DNA of 64,000 nucleotides from Eremomyces bilateralis CBS 781.70 (taxonomy: Eukaryota): the NCBI GenBank assembly GCA_010015585.1, contig ML975155.1; one strand, given 5' to 3'. Shown piece after piece: positions 1-11,755 of this stretch (positions within the stretch are counted from its first letter, which is position 1; every line of letters begins with the position of its first letter). The notes under the pieces are model-generated. The model did no database searches and had not been told where the DNA came from. It saw nothing but the letters and a program-made list of their open reading frames with translations. The position numbers were made by a program, and so were the translations under genes.

Positions 1-1252
1 CAGGAGCAGATTCAAGAGCATGGAATCGAGGCACGGAATATATATAATTTCGACGAAAGTGGCTTCCGCCTTGGTGAAGGGAAGCGGCAAAAAGTGGTTA
101 GTTTCCGACCGGGGACAAAACGAGGCAGTCCTAGTACGGAGTCAGGCGAATCGGTTACGGATATCGAGTGTGTCGCTGCTGATGGTTTCGTTCTTCCGCC
201 ATACTTTATCTTAAAGGGCGAGAANNNNNNNNNNNNNNNNNNNNNNNNNNNNNNNNNNNNNNNNNNNNNNNNNNNNNNNNNNNNNNNNNNNNNNNNNNNN
301 NNNNNNNNNNNNNNNNNNNNNNNNNNNNNNNNNNNNNNNNNNNNNNNNNNNNNNNNNNNNNNNNNNNNNNNNNNNNNNNNNNNNNNNNNNNNNNNNNNNN
401 NNNNNNNNNNNNNNNNNNNNNNNNNNNNNNNNNNNNNNNNNNNNNNNNNNNNNNNNNNNNNNNNNNNNNGATGGGAAGCCGTTTCTTGCGTTAAAACACT
501 ACTTCCGGCAGACAAATACGCATATCTCACGGTGGGGATTCGACGCAGCGGACAAGGCCTCATTCCTTACGGAAATGCCCCAGATCCGCCAAAACGCCTT
601 CAAATCGCGTACGATTCGACACGCTTTTAAAGAGAGGGGCCTTTGGCCATGCGATCCTGAGCAGATTTTGCCAACCCTTCGGCAACAGGTTGACCAAGAG
701 GTAGAGGAGCTTCACATATTCAATGGCTCGCCTCCACCGTCAAGTATTACGGCAACACCGAGCGTATCTCTACCAAATACTATTCGTACGGTACGCCGGA
801 AACAACAGAAGATCATAAATACGCCTGAGGCCCTACTTTCTAGCCGGAAATACCAACGTCGCGTTCGCCAAGCTACAAACTCATTAATCAAGGCGTCGAA
901 GAGATCGAGGCTTATAAGGGGTCTGTTTCAGCCACACAGCGCCAGCAAACCAAAAAGAGTCGCCGCCAGGTTATAACAGGACTTAGCCAGACCGGTGCTT
1001 TGTACGTTAGTGAGGCGAAACGCCATATCGAGGCGCGTGGTCAGAAGGAGCGGGAGGTGGTAATTAGGAAGGCACAGCGGGACTGGCAGCGGGAAAATCA
1101 ACAGGAAAAACAGCAGGAACCATCTACTATACTCGATCAACCTACTAGTACGGAGGATCTCGGTTTTTATATCGATTTACCTCCCGAGTTCTAATATATA
1201 GAAGATGGTAGTCAAATTGAGGTTTTGGTGTGGGTTGAGCGTTTGGTGTGGG
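1..1252 (+). mobile_element. Fot1/pogo-like (Tc1/mariner superfamily) DNA transposon, 3' part; DDE_1 transposase with a frameshift near 890; 5' end outside window
   Basis: Frame 1 reads IYNFDESGFRLGEG...ESVTDIECVAADGFVLPPYFILKG. After the N gap it reads DGKPFLALKHYFR...TIRHAFKERGLWP, motifs typical of fungal pogo/Fot1 transposases. The C-terminus continues in another frame (QGVEEIEAYKG...YVSEAKRHIEAR, stop 1194). A TIR-like repeated TTTGGTGTGGG follows at about 1224-1252. Confidence 0.88.
225..469. other. Assembly gap (N run) inside the transposase
   Basis: 245 N characters. Confidence 1.
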
Positions 1253-2475
1253 AGCACCCACAACCTCCGGTTGTGGCCTTGTGGGGCGGTCATGGGACAC
1301 GGATAGTTTGTTTCCTCTGCAGCAGGATCAAGCGGGGAGATTAACCTTTGGTCCTACACCGAAAAACTAGAAAGTTCAGCAATGATGCGACTCAATTCTC
1401 AACCCCATGCACTCCGCAGGAAGGAATCGTCTCCTATTGGTGGCCTCATGTTACGCTCCTCTCCGTGTTCAGCAGACTTAATACGGAGGTCCATTTCAAA
1501 AGTTATTGCTCGCCAAGGAGGTTGTGTGATTATATAAGCAGTTTCGAGAGCCTATGCCACGGGCACCGGACTGCCTATCAACTGGGCATTTATTTTAGGT
1601 CTTATAGAGCCTAATTCGAGGCAAGGGCCCGCGCTATCGGCTTTCGAACGGCTTATAAATCAAGCCCCTTTCTTGGCGAGCAATAACTTTTGAAATGGAC
1701 CTCCGTACTTATCGAGCATATCTTTAGAGTACTATATACCAGTACTGCAACACTGAATTGCGCATTGTGAATTTTATTCATATCGCCCTGCCGCTTCCTC
1801 CAGTGGGTGCCACTGTCACAACACAGAACGGGCGAGTAGCTTGATACGAATAGGTGAGTAGCAAGGGAGTAACTAGCGATGCTTGATTGATAACTAACTA
1901 GTTAAAGAATTAAAGATCCATGCTGCTCTGGATAAAAATCATCAGAGAGAATGAGACCGAGACTGATCCTTGAGGACGAGAGAACTCTGTGAAGGCAGCG
2001 ACCGTTTTTATAGAGGGATGCAGGTGTACCATGTGACTGCAGCTTCCAATCTAACCTATCGTAGCTACCTATAACTAACTATTCTTACAGAATGGTAAGT
2101 TAGTTATCTAGTTCCATAGATGTCGGAACGCCAAGACCGGATCTCTCTGCATTAATACAAGCACTTGCCGTCTGGTATCCAGTCGTTGCAAGACACCTCA
2201 TGCACTCCACGCAAAAGAACAGTTTATGTTGCTTCCATTGTTTTCATGGTAGAGATCGTTAAGCTTACTGTTTTTAATTAACGGCCTCTAAAGAGCACAT
2301 CTTTCTTTTCTTCCCTCAGTTAACGTTCGATTGTCAGTAAAGTGGCCGCTTTATTCTTGGGTCAATGACATCTGCAAGGCTGTTAACATATACAGGTGAG
2401 CGCTTAATATATGCTATTGAATCATCTTCTACGTACGCCTAGATTTATTGACTATATTCTATATGCAGGGGAATC

Positions 2476-3908
2476 ATGGAACTCAACACAGACTACCCTC
2501 AACATCTCATCGGTATAGAAATTCGATGGCTTGCTACTTACAGACCGCTTATAATACCCAGATTACAGCGCTTCCTTCCCAGAGTTACATGTGAGCGCTC
2601 CTGAACTATACCAGATTGTAGCGTGAGCTAATAAGAAGATTCTTGGATGAGAATTCCTTCACTGATGCAGTTGCGGACTGTGGCCCCGAATTACGCATTC
2701 CAATTCTCTTGTGTAGAGATATGTGTACTCGGTCGAATGGCTACTCGGGGTGTCACGGCATTTGGAATGATGCTGGCAGTCTCGAGGAGTATAGTAAGCC
2801 ATAAGTCGTTATAACCCTGAATTCGGTTAACTAACATATGGGCATCCATTTGGTTCCGGTGCTTAATAAAATGGATCGACGAAAGTTTTCACGAGAATCG
2901 GCAATATACTTGGACTGAGATGACATTGGTCGGACGGTGGACGCAGAAGCATACGTTTGCTCTATGCTTTGGCGCACCCAGAGACTTGCAATGTAATCTT
3001 GAATCTGCCCTCTCAAGAGACATTCGAGGGATCTGCTTCCAGGATCCATTTGCATTGCTTAGCCCCATTCTTAACGAAACTCTAATTCTGTATGACCGGT
3101 CTGTCTGGCGTGTTCGAGATCAGATCCGTTTAGTGGAAGCTGTTTGTATTGCCCATTTCAAATGACAATTTTCTAACTGACTCCCTCTTAGGATAGGGAG
3201 AAGGAATTGGTTGTTGAACCCGACTTCTCTGTGCTCCATGAGCTTGCAAGGCACGCCATCCACTCGTCCGAAACACTTTCCGTTACAACTCTATCATTAC
3301 AAACTTTAAGAACGCATCAACGCCATTACCGCAGGAATTCAACGGTAGTGAAGGGTACTACTCAGATACCGACAGTGGTAGCAGAGATGGACTTTCAATT
3401 ACAAATGTTAGAGAATCTGAAATTACGGTCAGACGCCAACGAGGCGAGGCTAAAGAATGAAATCACTTTGGTAGGGCTACATTAAACGTAAGATATACTG
3501 GATACTAATACATTCTAGGCGTACAATATGATAACCCAGCGAGATAGTAGAGTCATGCTGGAGATCGGAAATGCAGCTAAAAAGGATAGCGCAACTATGA
3601 AAACGATTGCGATCCTGACGATGGCATTTTTGCCAGCCACATTCACATCAGTAAGCCTTATCAGGGTGTCCATGATAACCCGCTCGGCTAAGATGACATA
3701 GACGGTATTCGGTATGACATTTTTCGATTACTCGCCCAGTAATGGAAACCAGTCGTGGACTGTATCGGGGAAGTTCTGGATATATTGGGTTACAGCAATT
3801 CCATTAACGATTCTGACTATACTGGTCTGGTTCGCTTCTCGACGCGATAACACTAGGAGGTTCTTATGTTCTTATATGACTGTTAACGACGTTGAAAAGG
3901 CTAAATAG
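2476..3908 (+). pseudogene. Fungal CorA-like (Mg2+ transporter-like C-terminal two-TM) protein, multi-exon; probably defective; 5' end uncertain
   Basis: Spliced reading gives SNGYSG...IWFRCLIK...YTWTEM...DPFALL...PDFSVLHELARHAIHSSETL...RLKNEITL/AYNMITQRDS...DSATMKTIAILTMAFLPATFTS/TVFGMTFF...FWIYWVTAIPLT. The intron opening at about 2794 (GTAAGC) has a CTAAC branch site but ends in CAT (2843-2845) instead of CAG. Confidence 0.7.
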
Positions 3909-4955
3909 GATGAGTAGCCTCATGGTTCAACATAGTCTGTGTTGTGATCAATTATCCAACTACACAAGATACTAATGATTCCATTGTCACTGTACGAAAA
4001 TGAAGGTGGTCAATGACAAGCAGTGTATTGCACAACGTTGTAGGTATATGTTAAATTCCCTGGTTTTGAACTTGGTTTTGGATTCTTAGCTCTTTCGTAT
4101 TGTACCATATGGATATTGCATAATAATTAATTTACCCGGGCCACCCAAAGTTCTTAACCATGATCAACCACCCAAGACCTTTTTCGGTCCTGTTAATGGG
4201 ATTTTAAGTAAATTCGGTATGTATGATGACGACTCATATCAAAGAGCCTATTTCAGAAGTATTAGTAGCAAACTATAAATACACAGGGATAATTTAGATC
4301 ACAAACTTACCATGCATATTGGAGATGTACTAGTTCGTCTGATGCACCTGAATGCGGAGGAACGTCTTATAGTTCAGTAGCATATAGGCCCTTAGAATGA
4401 ATTAACAGTTATACGCGGACTCCTGTCTTCTTTTGCCACCGGCTCCCGTTTAGCATCCTTGAGAAAGCTGCCGGCCAAATCCGCCTATACTCGTTTCTGA
4501 ATATTCTATAGGCACTGCTGGAAGGCCATAACTCTCCATAACGTATAACAGCAAAATTGTCTGTCCGCCCTTCCAGAATATTCACCCGCTGCTCCCTTCT
4601 TGTTGAATAAATCTGAGCATCCCTTGCATCGATATCATCTCTCTGTATTATTTGATGTTGCTAAATGGGCTATCTTCATTGCTCCTCTCGCCATACCAGT
4701 ATCTATGAAATCCAGGTACTAAAGAGGACAATAAATTTTATACTTACAATGAAAGATGTAACAGTGGCATGGGGGATGTCATAGGGCTCCATGAGCTCGT
4801 TCTCACCGGATATCCCAAAGTAAATCTCGGTAGAATATATTACTCCAAAACTCGCAGTAAGTACATGTAGCAAGCCGTAGCCATGATTCATAAGCTAGAG
4901 TCAAGGAGCAGACAAAGAAAAGTGAAAAACGAAGTAGTAGAGGGAAAAACTTCAC

Positions 4956-7562
4956 TCAAGCCTGCAAAACACCCTTGACAACCAACGACACTTCACTCAC
5001 CGACATCTTCAGTCCGTCCAACCTTTCCCGAGCCCCATTTGCTCTCACGGTAGGAATTTCGTTACAAAGCCCATCGACGAACTTCAAGTCTGGTTTCTCC
5101 AAAGACCTTGGTGTTTGGACTTCTACGAGCGTCTCATCGGCGTCCCACTCATCCGCTCGCATCCCCGTTTTGCTTTCCGTTGCTGTGCTTTCATCTACAT
5201 CGCGAGACCTAATCTCTTCTCCCCGTGTCTGTCCGTCATATCCAAGAAGCTCATTCCGGGGCTCAGCTTGCTCGACCCCTTCAACAATCTGCTGACGCTG
5301 CGTGATAGGGGTAAGGGTCTCCTCTGTTTCTTGTTGCTCGTCAGTGCTTAGGGAGAGCAGCACCTCCGTCACTAGTGGCTCCGGAGAATTGGATACCGGC
5401 TCGACTCGGGGCCTGGGAGAGGCTGATATGACTGATGAGTACGAAGGATTTGGTTCAGAAGAAGGGTTTGAGAAGCTGAGAGGCGGGGAGTTGGCAGTGA
5501 TGCTGGTGTCCATACCAGTATGGGTATCTGTCTGAGGAAGGTTTTTACTGATTGCGGCTGAGGGTGAGTTTATGGCTGGAAGCGATGCTGGTGTCGATGA
5601 TGAAATCGACGAATTGACCTTCGGGTTGGATGAGGTATGGACAACAGTGCTGTTAGTGTCAGTGTTTTGGATGACATCTATTGCACTGATTTGCTTGGTT
5701 CCGGTGCTTGGACTTGGCTTTTTCTCTTGTGGGGGAAGTATATTTTGAGTGAATGTTATGTATTGAAGGAGCGGTGAGGGAGGTAGCGGTATTCGTTCGG
5801 GCAGTAGCTCTTTTTTGACTGATGTCCCCTCCGGAGCCAACAGTTCTCCTCGTACTGGTTCGTTCTTTGGTATCGGCTCCGTTTCAACCAGTGACTCCGT
5901 CTTAAACAGTGACTCCGCCTTGAACAGTGGTTCTGCCTTGAACGGGGCCCCAGTCTTCCACAATGGCTCAATTTTGACCGGTGGCTTGGCCGTGAACAGG
6001 AACTGCGTTCTAGGTAGTGATTCGGTTTTAAAGACTGGCTCAGCCTTGGCGGATTGCTCCCCCTTGAACAATGGATTTCTCTTGGGCTGTTTCTCTGCTT
6101 GGGGAAGGGAGAAATCCACCAGCGGGATTTGTTTAGGCCATGACTCGAGCTTGAGCAGCGATATCTCTTTGGGTGATGTCGGCAGCGTGATTCCTAGCGA
6201 TTCCACGGGCACTAACGCCTTCTTAGGGGGCCCCTGGCATCCAGCCTCCGGTCCATGGCTAATATCCACCACCTCCTCAGTCTTCAGTGCCTCCGCCCGG
6301 TCTACTATCTCCTCTACAATCGTCGTCTCTTTAACCAAAACCTCTTTATAATGCTCTAACAACTTTTTAGCAGTGACCATCTCCTTGTTTCTATCCGCCG
6401 TCTCTACAAACTCCCTCCACATGTTTTTCAACCGCCCGCCCAAATCATATGGCCTAGCTATTCTCATAAACTCTGCCCAATCACCCAGCACCTGCGCCGC
6501 TCGTTCTTTACTAACCTCGAACCACTCCTGATGACTCTTCCGACACCACGCGGCCTTACACATCCTCTCCCGGCGCCATTCCTTAAGCAGCTCGTGGTGT
6601 GTGAGGGTCTCGACTCGCTGGGCGTGCGGAACACGGTCTACGCGAAACAATAGGTTCGGTCTGTATCCGCACTTTGACCAATCTTCGAGACGGAGCGAGA
6701 CGGACCTTGCGGTCCAACCGATTTTTACGTGGCCCGGAGAAGAAGCTCGGTCGAAGATGTAGACCGAGCCAGTCTCGAAGTCCCGGTCTTCAAGGAGCTT
6801 GAGGACTCTCCAGGAGACGGAGTCGCTGGGAAGGGGATCTGATACGTGGGGGCGGAATTCAGATAGGGAGACCTGAGAGCTGAATGTGGCTTTGGTTAAG
6901 GTAGAGTTTGTGGAGAGGTTTGCTGTTGGAGGGCGGAGGTTGTAGCGCGGTTGGCTTCCAAAAGGTTGAAATGCGATATCAGTAATGGCTGAAGATCTCG
7001 GGGAACTATATTGGTAGGGTGTTAAGCTCGCGACAGGCGTGGAGGGTTTTGTATTGATACTAAAGGACGTTCTCGCTCTGGATTGGTAGTAAGATGGGCT
7101 AACAGTAGGGGTGTAGAGTGGTGTAGTGCGACTGGGAGTTGGAGTGACCGTGCCGTTGTAAGCATCTGGGATGTAGATGCTCTCCTCAAGTGCTGGGACA
7201 GAAGTTGTATATCTGGATTGGTTGGCGGTGTGTCTCTGTATCTCATCTTGCCATCGCTGGGCCAGTGGTATTAGAAGACCGATGTCCTCTATACGATCCC
7301 GATGTCGAGCACGACCTGATCTGCAGCAATTGCACAACACATATTCTTGAAGCAGATCGAGACTGACAGCCTCACTAGAGATTTCAATGATAGTTTTTCG
7401 AAGTGCGATGGCCTTGCTGTTGTCGCTTTTTTGGCAAGGCCATCGGCATCTTGCGCCCTTCTGGGTGAAAAATATGCATTGCTTTTGCCTTGAGGGATCC
7501 AGTTCGTGGAATGAGATGAAGAAGGATACACCCGGATTGTACGCCATTGCCTGGTGTGCCAA
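4956..7562 (-). CDS. T5orf172/MUG113 (GIY-YIG-like) domain protein with N-terminal Cys/His motif and long low-complexity C-terminus, 868 aa, intronless
   Basis: GSVYIF...GHVKIGWT...RLEDWSKCGY...AQRVETLTHHEL...CKAAWCRKSHQEWFEV; N-terminal QCIFFTQKGARC...LCNCC...H. Confidence 0.85.
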   Translation of the reverse strand: MAHQAMAYNPGVSFFISFHELDPSRQKQCIFFTQKGARCRWPCQKSDNSKAIALRKTIIEISSEAVSLDLLQEYVLCNCCRSGRARHRDRIEDIGLLIPLAQRWQDEIQRHTANQSRYTTSVPALEESIYIPDAYNGTVTPTPSRTTPLYTPTVSPSYYQSRARTSFSINTKPSTPVASLTPYQYSSPRSSAITDIAFQPFGSQPRYNLRPPTANLSTNSTLTKATFSSQVSLSEFRPHVSDPLPSDSVSWRVLKLLEDRDFETGSVYIFDRASSPGHVKIGWTARSVSLRLEDWSKCGYRPNLLFRVDRVPHAQRVETLTHHELLKEWRRERMCKAAWCRKSHQEWFEVSKERAAQVLGDWAEFMRIARPYDLGGRLKNMWREFVETADRNKEMVTAKKLLEHYKEVLVKETTIVEEIVDRAEALKTEEVVDISHGPEAGCQGPPKKALVPVESLGITLPTSPKEISLLKLESWPKQIPLVDFSLPQAEKQPKRNPLFKGEQSAKAEPVFKTESLPRTQFLFTAKPPVKIEPLWKTGAPFKAEPLFKAESLFKTESLVETEPIPKNEPVRGELLAPEGTSVKKELLPERIPLPPSPLLQYITFTQNILPPQEKKPSPSTGTKQISAIDVIQNTDTNSTVVHTSSNPKVNSSISSSTPASLPAINSPSAAISKNLPQTDTHTGMDTSITANSPPLSFSNPSSEPNPSYSSVISASPRPRVEPVSNSPEPLVTEVLLSLSTDEQQETEETLTPITQRQQIVEGVEQAEPRNELLGYDGQTRGEEIRSRDVDESTATESKTGMRADEWDADETLVEVQTPRSLEKPDLKFVDGLCNEIPTVRANGARERLDGLKMSVSEVSLVVKGVLQA

Positions 7563-9353
7563 CTAGAGCTGCTGGCTTAGTTCATAGAGATGGTCGAGTT
7601 GTATGTAGTCCACAACATCTGGCCGCGTGGAGACAGAAGGATCTTTTCACTTCTTAAAAAGACAATAGATCCTAGATTAGCATCCTGTGTCGGTGACAAT
7701 AGATCAGAAGACATGAGAGGAGGCCCGGAGTAGCTGATGCTAGTAACTGGCGTGCTCCAGGCACTAGACAGGTAGACCTGAAACAATAGTCTGGTAAAGC
7801 TATCAGGTGCGTCAAGAATGTATGCAGGAGGTGCAGGACATCGACACTGAGAAATTGGGAGGTGTAGAGTATAGAGATAAGAAAACCACTCTGCTGCGAT
7901 TCCGTTGGTCCTGTACTAGGGTTTCGATATGAAATCGGATACCTTTCCCTCCCTTATTCATAAGTAGTACGAGCGATATTATTTTAAGCTGGACTCACTG
8001 ATAGTAGCAGCACTGAATGATAACCGTGGCGATCTATGTTTGTACATAGTAAGGCTTTAGCGCCAGGCGTTCCTGCCTTCAAAGTTGCGTACGCCGCACT
8101 GCAGGGGTCTCTCCGACTTAGGTCTTAGGGCATAGATTGCCCAAGTACAATAAGCACTTTGGGTCATGTGTACGGCAATATACTTTTTATAGGTCGCTTA
8201 GCAAAGGTAAAGAACGCTTGACATGTTCAATCACGTAGTCAAATGTGCTGGAGACTCACGAGAAGCTAATTGACTACGCGTAGATCTCCCGCAGCAAGGC
8301 CGTGTTCTACCGTATGGAGCATGATGAGTTAACCCACTAACCTCTAGGGGTTTAACCTCTCACTCAAGCATCTTAGCATTACATGGCTCAGTTGCCTTCG
8401 GCCCACTTACCCAGGCACTGCATGCAGCGACTTTTCCACTGTTCATTATTCGTAACTGATCTCGCCTCATCAGATTTATTGATTGGCTCTTTCACGGTCG
8501 TGCTTTTCGTGCTTTGAGGCATTGAGGGATTGTTGCCTTATGGTCTGATATGGATGCCTCACGATACGATTCAGAGAGAGAGAGATTCTTACGATTCAGA
8601 TTCGGAGGATTGGATGTACAATATGTGTTATAATAGGGGTTATCACGTGGTGATTCACAGTCCCGCTTCCTGTATATTATATCTCTCCCTCTGTTCCTCT
8701 TTCCTGTTTTCCTTCTTCATCTTTCGTTCGTCCGGTACTAGATATTTGTCTGTGAGATCCATCCCAGATCTTGAAGTGGCTTGTTGACATTGACGATTCA
8801 GCTTCCATTACAGCACTGAGTGGTATTATACTTGGTAGCTGGACTGAGAATTTCTAGCAGCCTGGAGGGAGGAAGCCAGTTTCGCAGCCGAGTGCCGACT
8901 GTGTGCTCCAGAAGAAATGTTTACAGTCGTTGAGCAACGTGGGCAAACACAAGGTAAAGGAGCAACAAAGTCGAGGAAATATTTGTGCAGTAAGGGCGAT
9001 AACAGGGGAGGAGTAGTTAGAGAGGATATTCCACTGCATTTATAAATATGAGAAGTCCTAGAGCGTGGGTTGATTGAGTTTGAGTTGCCAATTGAAGTCA
9101 TTCCGCCTTGCAAAGATGGGGTTACCAGAGTCTACTACGAAGTATGAGCCACTCATACAGTGACATGTAACACAACTACACATGTGTAGCAGAAAGAAAT
9201 CGATTGGTGAACCCAACTTAGACGTTGGCAAGTGGTCGAAGATTTGCTATTAAACCTAAACTGACCTTAAACCCAGAAAACTGCTCCGCAATCTGCACTC
9301 TCTTACTGCTTATCATACACTTCCTTTTACCTAAGACTCGTGACAGCGACAGC

Positions 9354-11391
9354 ATGTATCATGTCCGCCTTCTAACCAAGGAGTATTGCTCGTTATGCCT
9401 TCAGACTTTCCGTGTTGGAGATGGACCGTATGCAAGTGCGTATATTGCATGGAGCGCCCACGTATCCAAAACTGACTCGCTCCTAAGTCATCCATCCGAC
9501 TCAACAGACGCACCCACTCGGACCGGGAATCTAAGGAGACTCGCTAAGCATCCCACCTCCATATGGCACTCCTATTGAAACCGGTCCTTACCAGCTGTGT
9601 TTCCGCGGAGTTTGCTGCCATGAATGCTCAGAGACTGAATTTCTTGGATATGTGGTACATCGGCCATGTTATGAATTCCTGAGGGACAAACTGGAGGTTT
9701 CTGATCAGGCCCACTCAGATCGCATAGTCCAATATATTGCGGAATCCTTCATTCCTATCATCCCATGGAGTGAGTCGAGGCGGCAGAAGAGAAGCAAGCG
9801 GCTGTTTTTGGATTCTTTCACCGAGTTTTTTCGCGTCTCCTTGTTCGACAAACTTCCACTGGGGATTTGCATGCATATCTGCGATTTCCTGTGGCCTAAT
9901 ATCGGGATCGGCCCGTCAAGATCACTATGGGCATCCTCGATCAATGGATGCGATCGCTGGAATTGGGATTCCTGCGCTTTCGCGAGCTATATCGAGAACA
10001 TAGCTGGGGTGAGGTATATTTCGCAAATCCGAACGGACAAAGGTCCAGGCTTGTCGCAGATCGAGGGCAGTCGATGCGCGCGCAAGGTTATTGTCACCCA
10101 GGATGAGCTTGGGGTCATTGATATCCAATGCTATGACCAGCCGGAAGAGCCAGGCCATGTGTGCGAGTTCGCTCGATGGTACCGGATTTTCGAGATCGAC
10201 ACTGATATTCAACCCGCCATCGCTATCCAGCGTACGGTAAGTGCCCCGGTCCTTGTCGATGGCGAGTATCTATTAATAATGCCCGGCAGCCATTGTTCGT
10301 CACGAATATCGACATTCCTAATGCCTCGCGACAGTTCCTCTGCAATATCCCGAATCCGCCTCGCGACATTTTCCTCTTGCGTAAGCCGGAGCAAAGCCAG
10401 CGCTTCGTCTTTCTGTCCGTCCAAGATATTTGTGGGATTACAGTGTGTTCATCACCCCGAGGAATTATTTGTATCCACGCCCATCAAGCGCACAATAAAG
10501 GGGAGGTCTTCGACAACTGCAGCAGAAGCGCAGATGTTTCCGACTACTTCCCTATTTGGGGACGCGATACGATCGACTGTATATGGCTTCTAAATCACTC
10601 AGCCACTTATTTTAACTCGCTCCTGGTGAGCGTCCATAATCCTTGGAATCTTGCCACCTACTAATATCGATCTAGATCCAGATGAAGTCGAGTCTATCGC
10701 ATTATTTCGGCCCTTACAATGATAAAAACCTGCAATTTGGCGCCACACGTTTAGGAAGACCGGATGGCGATATCGCGATGATTTTTTATAATGACGACGG
10801 CGTTGAATCCTCTCAGGAACTCCTAACGGTGGGTGTACATTATGAACACAGTGATAGCCGCACTCCGCAGTTCGGGATGATGAAGAACCACCTCCCTTTC
10901 CTGAAGCTCACGCCCAATGTCCTAGTTTCATAGCCGTACGTTTCGCCGACTGCGTGGAATGGTACTATTCTGAAGCAAGTCTCACAGGCATTGTGACGGT
11001 CAAGACATCGGTTTATCAGTGGAAAAAGTCGACCCGCACTGGCATTAATTTTACCTACAAGGACAATTCTATTGCGGTGATCGGCGAGTGGCGAGAAGAT
11101 CAGGACCCTATCCCCATCAATCTTCATGGCGAGGAATATCTCCAGTGGGAGCTAGGTGAACGTGGATGTGTCTCCTCATTAAACGTGACAAGAGTTATGT
11201 CCAAGGCCAACAAGAACACTCACAGCAACAACGACAACCTCGTTACTCCCCTTTTTGGCCCCGGATTGCTTTGTTGCTGGTTCTCGCAACTATGCTCGGT
11301 CTTCACATACATAGGTCAGATCAGTGCGCAAGACTGGAGTTTGATATCCATAAGAACCTGGAGAACCCGATCATCGCAGGCATCCAGGTAG
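9354..11391 (+). pseudogene. Fungal uncharacterised protein with Cys-rich N-terminus and F-box-like motif; disrupted
   Basis: Introns at about 9436-9487, 10237-10289 and 10627-10676 join CSLCLQTF...VHRPC...FDKLPLGICMHICDFL...IAGVRYIS...YFGPY...EWYYSEASL...GEWR. There is an in-frame TAA at 9532-9534 and a frameshift between about 10858 and 10930. Confidence 0.7.
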
Positions 11392-11755
11392 GCATTGGTA
11401 TCCGCGTTCTCTTTATATTCAGCCAGTGGTCACATTTACATTCGTCCTTGGTTTCCAGACTCTTGGCAGTAATAGCTCCAGGCATCAGGGCTTGATCTTC
11501 TACCGTCACTAGGTTACCCTTAGCAGCTGACGCCCTTTTGCATTCGATTAACAGGACAGTCTCGACATGGCTACCACCAGGTTTATTAAGATTCAGAACG
11601 ATGCGATGTATCAGGAGGTCAACCTTACGATCAAGATCCAGAGTCTTGGCGAGCGACTCTTCAGGGGCATACAACTAATGTGGCTCGGAGAGTTTGCGAT
11701 GGTGCAACAAGTATCGCTAGAACCTAACGGTTACGATTTCTCGTTGACCAGCGTG
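11321..11755 (-). pseudogene. PD-(D/E)XK nuclease-like gene remnant
   Basis: Reads EIVTVRF*RYLL...EPH*LYAPEE...RKVDLLI...VLLIECKR...VEDQA. The D...E-C-K spacing fits PD-(D/E)XK nucleases. Two in-frame TAG stops (+ strand CTA at 11675-11677 and 11717-11719) fall where Trp is plausible. Confidence 0.55.

Noticed and set aside
4380..4891. Protein-like fragments on the minus strand between the CorA-like and T5orf172-like genes
   Set aside because: Possibly a degraded gene, but it is broken by stops and I recognise no family.
8325..8362. TAACCC/TAGGGG-like sequence as interstitial telomere
   Set aside because: No true tandem TTAGGG units.
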